DNA of 64,000 nt from Actinomycetota bacterium (GTDB taxonomy: Bacteria; Actinomycetota; Acidimicrobiia; Acidimicrobiales; Ilumatobacteraceae). This document shows, piece after piece, positions 46,905 through 57,068 of this stretch. Position 1 is the stretch's first letter. Each line of letters starts with the position of its first letter. A program made the position numbers and the translations under genes. Location of the stretch: the NCBI GenBank assembly GCA_043753895.1, contig JAYUWK010000133.1, forward strand, positions 2,644 to 66,643, given 5' to 3'. A model generated the notes under the pieces. That model was not told the DNA's origin and ran no database searches. It saw only the letters and a list, made by a program, of their open reading frames with translations.

Positions 46905-48277
46905 TCACACCGACCGTAATCGGGATGACCCCCGGGTGCCGCACTGCGCATAGCGATGCGACGTACTCAGGCCTCGTGAGTTGGTTCTGTCGTTGAGTTT
47001 CCAGGGGCGCGACGGTCGAGGCTCCTGGGCCGTGACTTGTGTGGTCACCTCGGCCGTCTCCATGTTCAGATGGCCCCGCTGGGTCGAGAACCAGCGCACA
47101 TATCGATTCGTGAGCGGCGACGCAGTGATGCCGTGCGCGAAGACGCTGAGCAGCGCGGTGAACGTGGCGACCTGCACGATGCGTGGCGTACCGTGCAGTC
47201 CCGATTCCTCGACAATGGTGAGCATGAACACGATTGTGGCAAGACCGCGTGGCCCGAACCATCCGGCGAATGCCATCGTGGGGCGCGCCGCGCCACTGCC
47301 GACGAGCGCGATGGCTACAGGAAGGATGCGCACGACGGTGAGGCTGAGTACGGCGTACAACACGGTTGCGAGATCGAGATGTGGAATGGCGTCAGCGATC
47401 ACGAGGGCACCGAACACGAAGAAGGTGCACGCGCTGAGCACCTGACCCACTTCTTCCGAAAAGGCTGTGTTCTCGTGGGCGTGTCGGCCCACGATGCGGC
47501 CATAGAGCAACCCGGCGACGAAGCACGCGATGAAACCGCTGCCGCCGAGCTTGTCAGTTGCCACGTACGCCAGCGCCGCAGATGCCGGCGGCACGACCTG
47601 TTGCCAGTGTTGCTCCATCCAGCCGCGCCGTGTCGCGTGCACGAGAATGGCCCCGCTGATCAAAGCAACGACAACGCCTACGACCGTGGCGATGCCCACC
47701 TCTTTGACGAGATCAATGACGATCTGGCCATCGAAGCTCGGCCGCTGCTCAAGCTCGGCCATCGCCAAGTCGGCGAACAACAGCGGCACGCAGATGCCGT
47801 CGTTCAGCCCACTCTCTACGTTCAGTCCTTGGCGGATGGGTGAGGGCAACCGCTGATCAGACACGACTGCTTGGCCGAGCGCAGCGTCGGTGGGCGCCAG
47901 CAGTACCGCCAAGATCAGTGCCTCGAACACCCCGAGTCCCGAAAACAACGGCACGCGACGACTGTGCCGAGGATGATGGTCAGGGGCAGGCCAAGAGCGA
48001 GAAGGCGCACTGGCACCGATGATTCGCGGACGAGCGCGCGTGTGTCGAGATCGGCTGCGTCGGTGAACAGCACGAGCGCGAGCGTGGCCTCGGCCAACAG
48101 GCGAATGCCAACTGGAGTGAGGCCGGTGCGTAACGCATCGAGCCCGTTGGTGCCGAGCACGTAGCCCAAGACAACGGAGACCATCGCCGCGGTGACGACG
48201 GTGCCCTTGAGCCGACGCGAGAACGCCGCGTATCCGATGAGGATTGCCGCAGTGAGTGCAATTGTCCAGCCGCCCAT
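46905..48277 (-). pseudogene. Cation:proton antiporter (CPA1, Na+/H+ exchanger-like) split by a frameshift near 47925..47955
   Basis: The N-terminal 120-aa ORF (48277..47915) and the 349-aa ORF (47954..46905) are consecutive parts of one antiporter (..LPLTIILGTVVA | VPLFSGLGVFEALILAVLLAPTDAA..) in different frames. Confidence 0.6.
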
Positions 48278-48303
48278 GAGTCAGCTGCCGACGATCCAGG
48301 CCG

Positions 48304-49850
48304 TCAGGCTCGTGCTAGCAGTCCGAGCTCGCGGGCACGAGTGACAGCCTCGCAGCGCGATGTCACGAACAGCTTGCGGTAGATGTTGCGCAGGTGTGAC
48401 TTCACAGTGTTCAACGATACGTATAATTCGTCGGCCAACTCGGGATTCGAGAGGCGGGTGGGCAGGAGCCGCAGCAACTGCATCTCGCGCTCGCTCAGTA
48501 TCTCCGGTGTGCCGCGTAGCGCCGGCGTGGTCTTACCGCGCTGGGACAGCGTGATCACATGCGCCAACTCGGCAGACGGAGCGCTGCGTTGCACGGCCTC
48601 GTAGAGCGGGAGCAGGTCGCGCTGCAGGGCAAACGTCATGCGGTAACCGGCGGCCAGCCCGGTGGACAACGCCCGCTCGACGTGTTGGCGTGCGACGGCC
48701 AAGTCGCCGAGCTGCACTGGATGGTCGCCTCGACCTGCAGTGACCGCGCCAGTATCTCGGGTCCGGGAACGAGCGCGCCCCACATCGCATGGCCTTCGCG
48801 GTAGTCCGTCGATGATCGCGACCTGCAGCGGCGCCCCGTTTTGTCGCCAGAGCCCGACGGCGTGCGCGGCGCGACGCGCGCCGTCCACTACGTCGCCTGT
48901 TTCGATGTGTACCTCGGCGAGTATGCCGTCAGCGGCAGCCATGAGCAGCGTGGGGCATGCCGGCGTCTCCACGATGCTGTCGATCATGTGGCTGGCCTCG
49001 TCGAAACATTCGCCGAGACGCAGCACTCGGGCCAGGGTCAGCCGGGCGCGGAGCCCGATCTCATTCGATGGTATCCGGCCGACCAACTCGCCAACACGTG
49101 CAGCGAACGCCCGAGCACCGGCAAGGCCGCCTTGAATGGCTGCGAGCATGCACCGTATGAGCAGTGCCCGCGCGCGGGTGTCGATCTCGTGTGCCTCGAG
49201 CATTCGTTCGAGACGGTCGAGCAGATCGAGGACGGACTCGCCGAGGCCGGCGAATGCGAGTGCCTCGATGTAACCCATCGTGCGGTCGGTATCGGCCAAA
49301 ACGAACGAGTCGGAAATCGTCGCGATCGCCAAGCGTATGAGCGCCACTTGGCCGTTGCTGAAGAGCGTGAAGTGATTGGCCAGCACCATCTCGACCGTGC
49401 GCTGTTCGTCGGCGGCGAGGAGCGCGTGCTCGAGCGCATCGGCGGGTCGCTGCTCGGCGTCGTACTAATCAGCGGCGCGTCGGTGCAGGGCGCGGAAGGC
49501 ATCGATGCGTACCGCTGGCCCTCGCCCTGGTCACCGCCCGCATGGCGTAGGGCGTGCAGCACCTCATCGCGCAACGCCAGCCGAACCTTAGCCACACTGT
49601 CGATCAACGCCCGCCAGAAGAGCGCCGGCTCGTTCTCGCTCGGGCTCAACGAGAGCCACACCCACGACTGCGGTGGGCGTTGTTCGAGCCACTAGCGAAC
49701 CAAGGTGGTCTTGCCCGATCCCGGTGGTGCGGAGACGAGCGTGATCTTCGCTCCCGTGCCCGGGCCGAGCCGGTGAGAGAGGTGTGGACGCGGTGCATGA
49801 CCCGTGGGTAACGCCCGGGATCGAAGTCGTGTTGCGACAACCGTCGACAC
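48304..49850 (-). pseudogene. Decayed LuxR-family (LAL/MalT-like) regulator with two in-frame TAG codons, a frameshift and a shortened NTPase domain
   Basis: It has a Walker A GAKITLVSAPPGSGKTTLVR followed by TAG (49692..49694). A frame change occurs near 49500..49530, then RIDAFRALHRRAAD-TAG-YDAEQ (49465..49467). The C-terminal LuxR HTH is intact ([43 protein letters not shown]). Confidence 0.6.
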
Positions 49851-49939
49851 GGTCACGCTCGTGTACTTTGGGTTACAGGCAAACTATACGTGGGTCTCGA
49901 AAATCCCCGCAATCGCTGGCAGCGACGGCTCCGCTTCGC

Positions 49940-50143
49940 TCAGTCGACCAACCGGGTGATGTCGATCAGATCGAGGCCGAGGTCGCTGATCACGGCGAGC
50001 ACTCCGTGGAGTTCGGCCTGATCGCGAACATGGCCACGAAGTGTCGATGCATCGACGACCGCCATGGGCGAAAGGGCGGCGACGAGACGCGGGCCGACGC
50101 CCGGGGCGATGTGAATCTCGTACATGCCTCCATGGTCGGTCAT
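49940..50143 (-). CDS. Small hypothetical protein
   Basis: It is 61-67 aa. MYEIHIAPGVGPRL...DQAELHGVLAVISDLGLDLIDITRL resembles a small actinobacterial family with a C-terminal LHG..R.RDLGL motif, recalled from memory only. Confidence 0.35.
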   Translation of the reverse strand: MTDHGGMYEIHIAPGVGPRLVAALSPMAVVDASTLRGHVRDQAELHGVLAVISDLGLDLIDITRLVD

Positions 50144-50365
50144 CTGTGCATCTCATCGCAGTTCTTCGAATCGGGCATCACCCCGTCAGGGTGGTCTTCG
50201 AGTGAGCGAACCGCGAGCCAAGAGCGATCGTGAGTGGCAGTAGTTCTGCGCCCTGCAGGGCACGTGCACACTGCCAGATCGACCAAGCCGGCGACTTCGT
50301 CGAATCCGCGGGCAGGAACGCAGCTCGGGGGTTTCAGCGGCCTTGGTTGCGGGTATGAGTGATGC

Positions 50366-51820
50366 GTGAGTCGTCGGATCGCAAATCGCTATCTGATCGG
50401 CGAACAGATTGGTGCCGGTGCAACCTCGCGCGTGCACCTCGCGCTTGACGAACGCCTTGATCGACGAGTCGCGGTTAAAATGCTCGACGCGAAGATGGTG
50501 GAATCGGCTGATCCAGCGGCGCGAATGCGCTTTCTGCGCGAGGGACCGACCTCGGCGTCGTTCAGCCATCCCAATGCAGTCACGGTGTTCGATGCGGGTG
50601 AGGACGACGGCGTTCTCTACATCGTCATGGAATTGGTCGATGGACCGTCGCTCGCGGCGCGACTTGCCAGTGACGGCCCGTTACCTATCGACGAAGCGGT
50701 TCGCATCGCCCGCCAGGTGTTGGCGGCGCTCGCCGCCGCGCATACTGCCGGCATCGTTCACCGCGATGTGAAGCCGGCCAACGTACTGTTGGGGGCTGAC
50801 GGTGTGGCCAAACTTGCCGACTTTGGTATCGCCAAGCGATTTGATGAACTCGACGATTCGATCACGCGCACTGGCACCGTGATCGGTACTCCTCGATACC
50901 TGGCTCCTGAGCAGGCCCTCGGTTCGCCGGTGACTCCTGCGAGCGATGTGTATTCGATGGGGTTACTGCTGTTCGAGATGCTCGGTGGACGTACGCCCTT
51001 TCGCGGTGATTCGCCTATTTCCGTTGTCATGGCCCAGCAGTCGCACGTCGCGCCCGATGTGCGCACTCTGCGCGCCGACATCCCGCCGCAGTTGGCTTCC
51101 ACAGTGGCGCGTGCGCTTGAACGCGATCCGTCAGCGCGATTCGCCAGCGCCGCAGAGATGGCCACCGGCCTCGATGCCGGCTGGTTGCCGCCAAGCGGCG
51201 CTCCGCCGGAGTCGGGAATCGAGACGCAGGTGATTCAGGCTGCGGACGCTGCGGCCGTTGGTGTGCGGTCAGGCGAGACCCAGTTCATGCCGGTGGTGAC
51301 TCCGCCAGCAGTTCCCGCCCTAGCGATCGCAGCAACGCCTGTGGTGCGCACGCGGAGGCACCACTTCTCCTACAAGGCGGCCGTCGTCATTGTGCTGCTG
51401 CTCGTCGCCGTCGGTTATGCGCTGGCAGGGCCGAGGCTCGGACACCCCAGTTCACCGGTCGCCGTCGACGGCGCGGCGCCCACCACCCCCGCTGCCCTGG
51501 CCGCCGCGTCGCCCGCCCCCGCGTCGATCGCCGTGCCGTTGGTGAGCGAGGTCATCGCCGGATTCCCGGTGACCACCGATCTCGGCGTGTTTCTACAGCA
51601 GCTTCAGCGTGATCCGGCCGCGGTGGGAAAGTCAGGCGGAGCGCTCGCCGACGAACTCGCCCAGGTGCTTGCTGAGCGTTCGTCACGCAAACAGCGCGAC
51701 CGGGCCAATGAGCTTCGTAAGCATCTGGTCCAGTGGGTGAACGCTGGCGATCTGAACCCGGCCATTGCCGCGGCGCTCGACCCGCTGCTTGCGCCGCTCG
51801 CCGACGCGGCGGTGAAGTAG
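50366..51820 (+). CDS. Ser/Thr protein kinase (PknB-like) with a TM helix and an extracytoplasmic Ala/Pro-rich C-terminal region
   Basis: It has a GTG start and Hanks motifs: GAGATSRVHLA...VAVKML, HRDVKPANVLL, DFGIA and GTPRYLAPEQ. The TM helix is AAVVIVLLLVAVGYALAG. Confidence 0.9.
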   Translation: MSRRIANRYLIGEQIGAGATSRVHLALDERLDRRVAVKMLDAKMVESADPAARMRFLREGPTSASFSHPNAVTVFDAGEDDGVLYIVMELVDGPSLAARLASDGPLPIDEAVRIARQVLAALAAAHTAGIVHRDVKPANVLLGADGVAKLADFGIAKRFDELDDSITRTGTVIGTPRYLAPEQALGSPVTPASDVYSMGLLLFEMLGGRTPFRGDSPISVVMAQQSHVAPDVRTLRADIPPQLASTVARALERDPSARFASAAEMATGLDAGWLPPSGAPPESGIETQVIQAADAAAVGVRSGETQFMPVVTPPAVPALAIAATPVVRTRRHHFSYKAAVVIVLLLVAVGYALAGPRLGHPSSPVAVDGAAPTTPAALAAASPAPASIAVPLVSEVIAGFPVTTDLGVFLQQLQRDPAAVGKSGGALADELAQVLAERSSRKQRDRANELRKHLVQWVNAGDLNPAIAAALDPLLAPLADAAVK

Positions 51821-51861
51821 GTGCGGCGTTGAAGTAGGCGCGGCGGTGAGATAAACGCGCG

Positions 51862-53571
51862 TCAGGCGCCGAGGATCTCTGCACGCAACTCGCGTTTGAG
51901 GAACTTGCCATTGGCGTTGCGCGGAATCGGGTCGTTGCGGAACCAGATCTGCGCGGGGATCTTGTATTTGGCGAGGCTGGCCGAAAGGAATTCGCGAAGC
52001 TCGTCGTCGGTGAGCTCGTGCCCCGGCTTGAGCACGATGACAGCGGCGACGTCTTCGCCGAGCCGATCGTCGGGCACGCCGAATACGGCCGCTTCGGCGA
52101 TGGCATCGTGGTGGTAGATAGCACTTTCGACCTCGCTGCAGTACACGTTCTCGCCGCCGCGCAGCACCATGTCCTTGGCACGGTCGACCAGGAAGACGAA
52201 GCCATCTTCGTCGATGCGCGCGATGTCGCCGGTGTTCAGCCATCCATCGCGAATCGCGTCGGCGGTGGCCTCTGGTCTGTTGAGGTAGCCCTTGATGACC
52301 ACTGCGCCGCGCACGCACAACACGCCGATCGCATTGGGATCGGCCGCGATGTCGTTGCCGTCTTCGTCGACGAGTTTGGTCTCCAACGTGGGGACGGCGG
52401 GACCGCACGATGACGGCTTGTTCACGAACCAGCGACCCGCGTTGGCCGTGATGATGCCGTGCGTTTCGGTCATGCCGTATCCGGTAGAGGGCGCACTCGA
52501 CGACACGGCACCCGCGATCTTGTTCACCAGGTCGGGCTGCAACGCCGCGCCGCCACCGCCGAGGCCCTGCAGCGACGATGTGTCGCGCGTGGCCCAATCG
52601 GGATGCATCAGCAACTCGCGACTCATTGTCGGTACTCCCGAGAAGTTGGTGACCTGCTCGCGCTCGATGAGCTCGAGCGCGCGACCCGGATCCCATTTGC
52701 GGGTGAGCACGATCTTCGCGCCAGACAGCGTGGCCGGATGCAGCAGGCAGTTGCAGGCAGTCACGTGGAACAGCGGCGTGGGCGCCATGAACACTGGAGG
52801 GCGGGGAGCGGTAGGCGCCTTCGGCGGAAGGTCACCTGCATCCACGGCCTTCTGCTCGCCGGCCGCCGCAATGGTGGTCATCGCCATCAGGTTGAGGATG
52901 TTGGCCACGGAGCCGCGATGGGTGAGCTGAGCGCCCTTGGGGAAGCCGGTGGTGCCCGAGGTGTAGAAGATGGTTGCGTCGTCGTCGGGGTCGATGTCGC
53001 ACTCGGGGAGTGAGCCCGGATCGTCGCCGGCCATGACATCGGCCCAGTGCACACCGGTCTCGGGAATGGTGTGGTCGCTGCGAACGGAGATCACGTGCAT
53101 GGGACGCTGGGCCGGCATGTGCTCTAGGCGTTGCAGGCGTTCGTCGTCGGCGATGAGGACCCGTGGTTCGCTGTCGTTGAGGGCGTATTCCATCTCCGGT
53201 GGGGTCCACCACGCATTCATGCCGACCACGGCCGCGCCGACGCTGATCGTGGCCCAGTAGGCAACGACCCACTCTGGATAGTTACGCATCGCAATTGCGA
53301 CCCGGGAATGACGAGTGACGCCGTGGGAGATGAGGTGATGGGCGAGCTTGCGGACCTGTGCGTGGACCTCGGCGTAGGTGTAGCGCTCGTCTTCGTAGAC
53401 GATGTAGTCCTTGTCGGCGTGGCCTGTCGTTGACTCCCAAAGCAGGCGCATGTGCGGTGGCATGTTGGCGAAGGTTCGGATCGAGGTTCCGCGTACGTCG
53501 ATGTTGGTGGTGGCGAATGGCGCGCCGGGCGCGGTGAGTTCGGCCCGGGCGGCGAGGTAGTGGTGAATCAC
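51862..53571 (-). CDS. AMP-dependent acyl-CoA synthetase/ligase
   Basis: It has YTSGTTGFPKGA, GYGMTET and GDIARIDEDGFVFLVDRAKD. The frame stays open upstream into the DUF389 remnant. The first in-frame start inside the ligase N-terminus is GTG 53571, so the start is uncertain. Confidence 0.75.
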   Translation of the reverse strand: MIHHYLAARAELTAPGAPFATTNIDVRGTSIRTFANMPPHMRLLWESTTGHADKDYIVYEDERYTYAEVHAQVRKLAHHLISHGVTRHSRVAIAMRNYPEWVVAYWATISVGAAVVGMNAWWTPPEMEYALNDSEPRVLIADDERLQRLEHMPAQRPMHVISVRSDHTIPETGVHWADVMAGDDPGSLPECDIDPDDDATIFYTSGTTGFPKGAQLTHRGSVANILNLMAMTTIAAAGEQKAVDAGDLPPKAPTAPRPPVFMAPTPLFHVTACNCLLHPATLSGAKIVLTRKWDPGRALELIEREQVTNFSGVPTMSRELLMHPDWATRDTSSLQGLGGGGAALQPDLVNKIAGAVSSSAPSTGYGMTETHGIITANAGRWFVNKPSSCGPAVPTLETKLVDEDGNDIAADPNAIGVLCVRGAVVIKGYLNRPEATADAIRDGWLNTGDIARIDEDGFVFLVDRAKDMVLRGGENVYCSEVESAIYHHDAIAEAAVFGVPDDRLGEDVAAVIVLKPGHELTDDELREFLSASLAKYKIPAQIWFRNDPIPRNANGKFLKRELRAEILGA

Positions 53572-54469
53572 ACTTCTGATTGTTGTCGCGACAGCGGTGG
53601 GTTCGGCAATCGGAGAGGTTCCAGGCAGCGATGCTGCGGTGCCGTCCAGCGCAACCACGGTCTTGGGTATGAACTCGATCACGACATTGCTCGGATCCAC
53701 TCCGCCGGTCTTCAGTGCTGTGGCGAGACCTGTCGTATCCGGCAGCGGCGGCGGGCCGATCACGCGCACAGTGATCTTGGTGTTATCGGTGTTCACATCG
53801 AGGAAGTCCCACCCGACTCCACGCGCCCACGTATCGGTGATGCGGCGCACATTGCGCTCGCGAGTGCTGTTCTGGGCGATCTTGGCCGTCGAGATGGTCA
53901 GCGGCACCGCGATCGCGACGAGCAGCGCAACGACGACGACGACAGCGTTGCGTCGGTTGACCGGGCGGTGTTTGCCGTTCGAGGTGGGCTCGACCATCCG
54001 GTGCACCTTGTAGAGCCCCATCACGATGATGCCTGTGGTGAGGATCGCTGCGACGTTGGTGCCGAACAACAGCAGCGCGCCGACCGATTGCTTGAACTCG
54101 CCGGCCTCTGCAGTGAGACCCACGACTGCGAGCGGCGACGACGTCGTTGGCGACCATGAGGCCGATGAGAAAGCCGACGCCGATCGCAGCAGCCGCCCCG
54201 CTTGCGACCAGCGCGATCGAGCGCAACAGGTTGGTCCTGTCGCCGAGCACGACGGCGAGCATGGTGCCCAGGATCGGTGTCATGAGCGGAGCCACGATCA
54301 TGGCTCCGATGACGGTGGCCGTGGAATCGCCGCCGACGCCGGCCGATGCGATGATCGACTCAAGGGTCAGCAGGATCCATAACCGGCTCAGCCGTCGGCC
54401 GAGGTCGGGGCCGTCGAAGAACACCGAGTTACGCATGTGGTCCAGGTCGTTGAGCGCCAAGTTCGGCAT
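53572..54469 (-). pseudogene. DUF389-family membrane protein disrupted by an internal deletion/frameshift near 54120..54150
   Basis: The N-part (from ATG 54469) reads ..SIIASAGVGGDSTATVIGAMIVAPLMTPILG..GFLIGLMVANDVV. The C-part, in another frame, reads SPLAVVGLTAEAGEFKQSVGALLLFGTNVAAIL... About 55 aa expected between them are missing. Confidence 0.5.
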
Positions 54470-54666
54470 CGTTGTCACTGTCCCCGTTCTGGTGATGGGG
54501 TCCCTGACGATAGTCATTCCGCGATGAGTGGGGTTCCCCCGATTCGGGTGATCTGCGAGTCGGACGCGGCGCTCGGTGACGACGTCGCGCTTGCACGGCC
54601 AGCGTTTTGCAGGCAGTCTGCACGGGGTGAAGGATTTCGATGAGACCGAGATGAGGATGACGGACC

Positions 54667-55608
54667 ATGGCTGAGCATCGACCGTTGCGGTGGGGTGTGC
54701 TGGGCGCCAGCAGTCGCATTTTCGAACGGAGTCTGCGCCCAGCCTTCGACGCGTGCGGACAACAGATCGTGGCGGTTGCGAGCCGAGACGGTGTCTCATT
54801 CCAGCCATACATCGAGCTGCTCGCTCGTGACGATGTTGATGCGGTCTACAACCCGCTCCCCAATCATCTGCACGCTGAGTGGAGCCACCGCGCGCTGGAC
54901 GCCGGGAAGCACGTGTTGTGCGAGAAGCCGCTCACGCTCGACCCTGCAGACTCCGCATCGCTCTTCGATCACGCCGAGGCTGCCGACGTGGTGCTGCTCG
55001 AGGCCTATGTCTGGCCGCATCACCCTCGGGCGCAGCGCCTGCTCAATCTGGTGCTCGCTGGCGAGGTGGGTGAACCGCTCTGGGGGAGTGCTCGTTTCAG
55101 TTGGCCGATGGATCTTGCCGGTGGCGACCATCGCCTCGACGAACGCGGCGCAGGCGCACTGTTCGATGTTGGTATCTACTGCATTGCGCCCTTCATGTTG
55201 ATGGCGCAGCGGTCACCCGTTGTCGTGGCAGCGAATGCCGTGCGCAATGACGTGGGGGTCGACCTCTCGATGAGCGGATGGATCGATTGGGGAGCCGGCT
55301 TTGGCACCGCGTTCGCTGTGTCGTTCGATGCGCCCCCCGTTCGGGACATGACGCTCACCTGTAGCGACGCCGCGGTGATAGTGCCCGGCTGGCACACCCC
55401 CGGATCCTTGGACGCGAGCGAGTTGCAGATCATTCGCCGCGACGGCTCGGTCGAAGAGATCACCTGTGCAGGAGGCGATGCCTACGCCGGTATGGTGCAA
55501 CACTTTGCCGACGTCGTCGACGGTCGCACCTCAGCGATCTTCGGGCGTGCCGAGAGCATGCGTCTCGCCCATGTCCTGCACGATCTCCGGCTCGCCAGCG
55601 CTCGCTGA
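54667..55608 (+). CDS. Gfo/Idh/MocA family NAD(P)-dependent oxidoreductase
   Basis: It has LRWGVLGASSRIFERS, NPLPNHLH and GKHVLCEKPL. Confidence 0.8.
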   Translation: MAEHRPLRWGVLGASSRIFERSLRPAFDACGQQIVAVASRDGVSFQPYIELLARDDVDAVYNPLPNHLHAEWSHRALDAGKHVLCEKPLTLDPADSASLFDHAEAADVVLLEAYVWPHHPRAQRLLNLVLAGEVGEPLWGSARFSWPMDLAGGDHRLDERGAGALFDVGIYCIAPFMLMAQRSPVVVAANAVRNDVGVDLSMSGWIDWGAGFGTAFAVSFDAPPVRDMTLTCSDAAVIVPGWHTPGSLDASELQIIRRDGSVEEITCAGGDAYAGMVQHFADVVDGRTSAIFGRAESMRLAHVLHDLRLASAR

Positions 55609-55663
55609 GGCCACCAATCGCCTGCAGCCCTGAGAAATGCAGGCCCCGAGTCGAAGGACAATC

Positions 55664-56437
55664 GTGACCACCAACTACGCAACGTACCCATCACTCGTCG
55701 AGCGAGGCGTCTTCATCACCGGCGGCGCCGCAGGTATCGGCAGCGCCATGGTCGAGCAGTTCGCCAGGCAAGGGAGCAAGGTGGCCTTCGTCGATCTCGA
55801 CGTCGATGGCGCGAACGTCACTATCGAGCGCTGCCAGGCTGCCGGGGTCGTCCACGTGCCGGTCTTCTTTCAGCTTGATCTCTTGGATATCGCTGCATTG
55901 CAACGTGCCTGCGCAGCCGCGATCGAGATGCTCGGGGGGATCAGCGTGCTCGTGAACAACGCAGCCAGCGATGACCGTCACGACTGGCGCAACGTGACCC
56001 CCGAGTATTTCGACAACCGCATCAACACCAACCTGCGCCACTACTTCTTCGCGATCCAGGCACTCGCTCCTTCGATGATTGCTGCGGGGCATGGGTCGAT
56101 TGTCAACATCGGATCGAGCAGCTACCTGATGCAGGAGGACATGTTCCCCGGATACGCGATTGCCAAGTCGGCCGTCGAGGGCATCACGCGAACGATGGCG
56201 CGAACCTTTGGTCCGCATGGCGTTCGCGTCAATACCGTCATGCCGGGTTGGGTGCCCACCGAACGACAGCTGACGCAATGGTGGACTCCCGACGGGGAGG
56301 CGGCCACGATGCGCGATCAGGCGATCAAGCGACGCATCACCCCCGACGAGTTCGCGCAGATGGTGCTCTTCCTCGCAGCCGACGATGGCGCTGCCTGCAC
56401 CGCCCAGCAGTTTCTCGTCGACGGCGGTCGCTTCTGA
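55664..56437 (+). CDS. Short-chain dehydrogenase/reductase (SDR)
   Basis: It has GVFITGGAAGIGSAM and NNAA, plus a catalytic-region YAIAKSAV. The GTG at 55664 is preceded by GAAGGA; an alternative ATG lies at 55637. Confidence 0.8.
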   Translation: MTTNYATYPSLVERGVFITGGAAGIGSAMVEQFARQGSKVAFVDLDVDGANVTIERCQAAGVVHVPVFFQLDLLDIAALQRACAAAIEMLGGISVLVNNAASDDRHDWRNVTPEYFDNRINTNLRHYFFAIQALAPSMIAAGHGSIVNIGSSSYLMQEDMFPGYAIAKSAVEGITRTMARTFGPHGVRVNTVMPGWVPTERQLTQWWTPDGEAATMRDQAIKRRITPDEFAQMVLFLAADDGAACTAQQFLVDGGRF

Positions 56438-56498
56438 GCGGTGGCGCCGTTGGTTCGGCGCCTGCACCTGCGCCGCATTCCCCGTTAATCCGCCTTGG

Positions 56499-56516
56499 TA
56501 TATCGAATACGATATA
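56499..56516 (+). promoter_or_regulatory. AT-rich perfect inverted repeat (7-4-7) immediately upstream of the XRE-family gene; candidate operator
   Basis: tatatcg-aata-cgatata lies 9 nt before the ATG at 56525 in an otherwise GC-rich context. Confidence 0.4.
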
Positions 56517-56524
56517 GTTATCGG

Positions 56525-57049
56525 ATGGACACGGCGGGGGTGGTGAGGGAGTTCAGAGGCCGACACGGCCTCTCTCAGACGACCCTCAGCAAACTGACGG
56601 GTATTCCGCAACCGGTGCTGTCGATGTATGAGCACGGCCGCCGCAGCCCCAGTATCGAGACGCTGGACCGCATCCTCGCAGTGGGTTCGGAGATGGTAGG
56701 AGTGTCACCCCGGCCATCTCGGCAGGACGACCGTTCGGTGTCGAAGACGATCGAGATTCACCGCATCGTTCTGGAGAGGTTTCTCGAGAGTCCCGACCAG
56801 GTGCTGGAACTCGGTCGCACTCGGTTGCGCGTTCTCGAACGATCGCTGAGCAAGCGGAGCTCGCCGTACCTCGCGACGTGGCGACGCCTGCTTGACGGGC
56901 CGCGTTCCGACATCGTCCGGCTTTTGCTGTCGACCGACGAGGACGACATCGAGCTGCTCAAGATGTCGCCGTTCACCACGCTGTTGAGCGATCAAGAGCG
57001 CCTCGAGGTGACTAGTCGTTCGAAGCTGCGGCGCGCTGGATCTCGATGA
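56525..57049 (+). CDS. XRE-family helix-turn-helix protein with a C-terminal helical domain (antitoxin-like)
   Basis: It has the HTH FRGRHGLSQTTLSKLTGIPQPVLSMYEHGRRSPSIETLDRIL. It sits directly upstream of a nucleotidyltransferase-like gene. Confidence 0.7.
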   Translation: MDTAGVVREFRGRHGLSQTTLSKLTGIPQPVLSMYEHGRRSPSIETLDRILAVGSEMVGVSPRPSRQDDRSVSKTIEIHRIVLERFLESPDQVLELGRTRLRVLERSLSKRSSPYLATWRRLLDGPRSDIVRLLLSTDEDDIELLKMSPFTTLLSDQERLEVTSRSKLRRAGSR

Positions 57050-57068
57050 ACAGGAGGGCCTGCATCGG

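Noticed and set aside
49465-49694. The two in-frame TAG codons in the LuxR/LAL gene, considered as programmed recoding (for example pyrrolysine or suppression).
   Set aside because: They occur together with a frameshift and a large domain loss. There is no downstream structure and no functional logic at these positions (expected Q and W). Ordinary pseudogenisation or sequence error is more likely.
51862-54123. The 753-aa track ORF taken at face value as a native membrane-anchored acyl-CoA synthetase.
   Set aside because: Its N-terminal 180 residues are the C-terminal part of a DUF389 protein whose N-terminal part lies upstream in another frame. The fusion therefore looks like a by-product of gene disruption or a lost stop. 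It is reported as an open question rather than as a feature.
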